This document shows positions 61,201 through 64,000 of a stretch of DNA of 64,000 nucleotides, piece by piece. Numbering within the stretch: the stretch's first letter is position 1; the number at the start of each line of letters is the position of its first letter. A program made the position numbers and the translations under genes. Origin of the DNA: Callorhinchus milii (lineage: Eukaryota); contig NW_024704743.1 in assembly GCF_018977255.1 (NCBI RefSeq), positions 19,842,001 to 19,906,000 of the forward strand, given 5' to 3'. The notes below the pieces were generated by a model that was not told the origin of the DNA, ran no database searches, and was given only the letters and a program-made list of their open reading frames with translations.

Positions 61201-63477
61201 AAACACACCATTAAACAACATCAATGTGCATTTATACAGAGCACTTCAAGTGGGACGACGTCTCAGAGCACTTAACAGTGGGCAGCTCGGCACTGAACCT
61301 GTGTGGGGGAGCGGGAGGTATACCTTGGCACTGTCAAAGAGTAAGGTCTTCAGGTGTGATTTGAAGGCGGTTAAGGAGGGGATAAGCAGAGGGATTGAGG
61401 TAAAGAGTTCCGTAGTGGCTGAAAGCACTGACTGCCAATGGTGGAGCGGAGGGGAGGAGGGACATGCAGGAGGGTGAGTGAAGGTGGCAGGTGGTACAGG
61501 CTATACAGATGGGAGAGGCAGGGAGGTGCCAGGATGTGAAGTGATTTATTAGGCTACTTTAAAAGGCAATTGTAAAAAAACTACAAAGAAGATTCTAAGG
61601 GCGTGATCTATGATCCGCCTTAATACCAGACTCCAGTCTGTACGTTCGATTTTCTTTTAAGGCCATCCTTTCTTGAAACCACTCTATGTAACCCACATAT
61701 TCACCTGATTAACTCTAGTGCTCCAAGACACCACATGGTGGGCACTATATGAATGCAAATTGTTGTTGTTCTACACATTAAATATAACTACATTACATAT
61801 AATTATTATATGATCTATTCCCTTCAATTGCCACTAATATTTGGACCATTATTTTTCTGTGGCTGCTACCTCCTCTCCATCACCTCATCCCATTCCAATT
61901 TTGTTAGAAAGGCAAGATTCTAAAAAAAGTGTTGCCTGCTGTTTCTCGATGCTACAATGGAATAAGAATAAGAATAATAATCCTGCATTTGATATAGCGC
62001 TTTACCACGTCATTGAGACGTCTCAAAGCATTCCATAGAGTATATTGTAAAGTGGATTGACTGTATATTTTGTGGGAGAAACGTTGAATATTTAGTACAA
62101 CTACTTCTCTATGTCGCTACTTTTGCAGTGAATGCCATTGACATTCAGTACAAGTACCTCTCTGTTGTAGCCGCTTTTAATGCATGTCATTGACAAGGTT
62201 TATGTGGTCTGTTACTTCCAGAAGTGGTTACCAGCCTGCGTAAAGCTGAATAGTATTTACAATGAAATGGTCAACGCATAGCGGTTAGGTGCCATAGAAA
62301 GAAAATTAAAATATAGGAAAGGGGGAGGAAGAGGAATGGTAGTGAAATTGCTTCCTCTAATCCTTGCCTTTCCTTACATTCTTAGGTTTCAATATAACAT
62401 AAAGTATAAACAAATAAAGGTTAGTGGATGGGTGGAAATGGATAACAAGGCAGCAGTTGTCGAGGGTGCACGACTTCATAAATTTCAAGAGCAAAGCTTG
62501 AGCAGTTTATTAGTACCTCGAGTCTCAAGACTGGAATACTCACTTATTACTTTCCCTGCCAGCATTCCTAACATGACACTAAAACACTGCCTGACTGATG
62601 GGAGTGGGGGCTAAAATTTAGCGATTTCCAGCTAAATGCTAATGCCGGCATTTTTCAGCGCCCTCTTTGTTTCAGTGCCTAAAACTGCCGCTAAATGCTA
62701 GCACCAGTTTTGTAATTGTTTAAATCCTGCAAGTAGAGGATAGACAATAAGCTGTCTTCTGCTTGCAGGATTCAAACCGAGTTAAAGTCAATATCCCTGG
62801 CCACTGGAGCCCAGCGAGCACAGTGAAGTGGGGGCGCACAATCCTGGGCTCGCAGAATTTTTTTTTTAATTTATCCTTTTTGAGCCCTGTCCAGCTAGGT
62901 TTGAATTCCAGATAATTAGGCCACAAATATATAGTTAATTCACTTTACAGTATATTCTGTGAAGCACTTTGAGACGTCTCAAAGGTGTGATAAGGGGCTA
63001 TATCAAATGCAAGGATTATTATTATTATAACTGGAGTCTGGTAAGCCGTGGCTTTACTGGTGATTGGCTACAGCGTTTCACCCACAAAATACACAGTCAA
63101 TCCACTTTACAATATATTCTGTGAAGCGTTTTGAGACATCTCAACCATTAAAGAGCTATATGAAATGCAAGGATTATTACTTATTATTACTGTGTGTGCA
63201 GTAACTGAGTCATGGTCTTGCATAATGAAACAGAAAGAAAGAATTTTAGGAGTGGTTCTCCAAAGTTTGGCACATTTACAAACCTTGGTGTAAACAAATA
63301 ATAGGATTATTATCAAAAAGTTATCAAGTCGGTGGTGGAAATTAATGAATCTTATAAAATATTTTTTCTCAGTTGATGAATTACAAACCATAATCCAAGT
63401 GCAATTGAACTTTATGGGTTTATTTCTTTGTGTAAATATCACTTATCAAATGCCTCTCTTGTAATAAGACCTACAAG

Positions 63478-63900
63478 GAGAAGTTGAGTTGACTAGGCCT
63501 ATATTCTCTAGAATACAGAAGAATTAGAGGGGATCTTATAGAAACCTATAAGATTCTTAAGGGTCTTGACAGAGTAGATAGTGTGAGGCTGTTTCCCTGG
63601 TTGGAGAATCTAAAACTAGGGTTACAGTCTCAGGATTAAAGGTCAGCCCTTCAGACCTGAGTTGAGAAAACATTTCTTCACTCAAGAGAGTAGTGAATTT
63701 ATGGATGCTCAGTCATTGAACATATTCGAGACTGAGATCAATAGATTTTTTAAAAACTAACGGGATTAAGGGATATGGGGATAGGGCGGGTAAATGGAAT
63801 TAGATTAGAAGATCAGCCATGATCTTATTAAATGCTGGGGCAGGCTCGAAAGGCTGCATGATCTACTCATGCTTCTATTTCTTATGTTCATATGTTCTTA
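63478..63900 (+). mobile_element. CR1 LINE 3' fragment
   Basis: Near-colinear with the 26.2-27.0 kb copy, including the 3' UTR. Confidence 0.9.
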
Positions 63901-64000
63901 TAATAATAATCTTGCATTTGATATAGAATCTAACATGTCAGGGGGACATCTCAAAGAGCTTCAGAGGATTTACTGTAAAGTGGAGTGACTGTGGATTTTG

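Overview
Vertebrate genomic DNA, not a prokaryotic locus. The dense L2/CR1/tRNA-SINE/DeuSINE landscape suggests a cartilaginous fish, possibly a chimaera (inference). The window holds what looks like a complete nebulette (NEBL) coding region on the minus strand. I traced 28 coding exons by hand from ATG 53334 to TAA 9442-9444 (3018 nt, 1005 aa if all are used). They encode an acidic N-terminus, nebulin-repeat modules (one per exon, all phase 0), a Ser-rich linker and a C-terminal SH3. Most supplied ORFs are repeat fragments or chance. Notable features: four near-identical tandem 93-nt exons duplicated with their introns; an intact 105-nt module exon whose donor reads AT instead of GT; a GC-AG intron; modules that resemble nebulin more than mammalian nebulette; a candidate internal first exon (MKCVCL); a candidate 18-nt microexon; a GATA/NKX motif cluster upstream of the ATG; and an unclassified structured ~580-bp repeat. 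I found no clearly new biological system. Comparisons to human NEB/NEBL are from memory and need checking by alignment.
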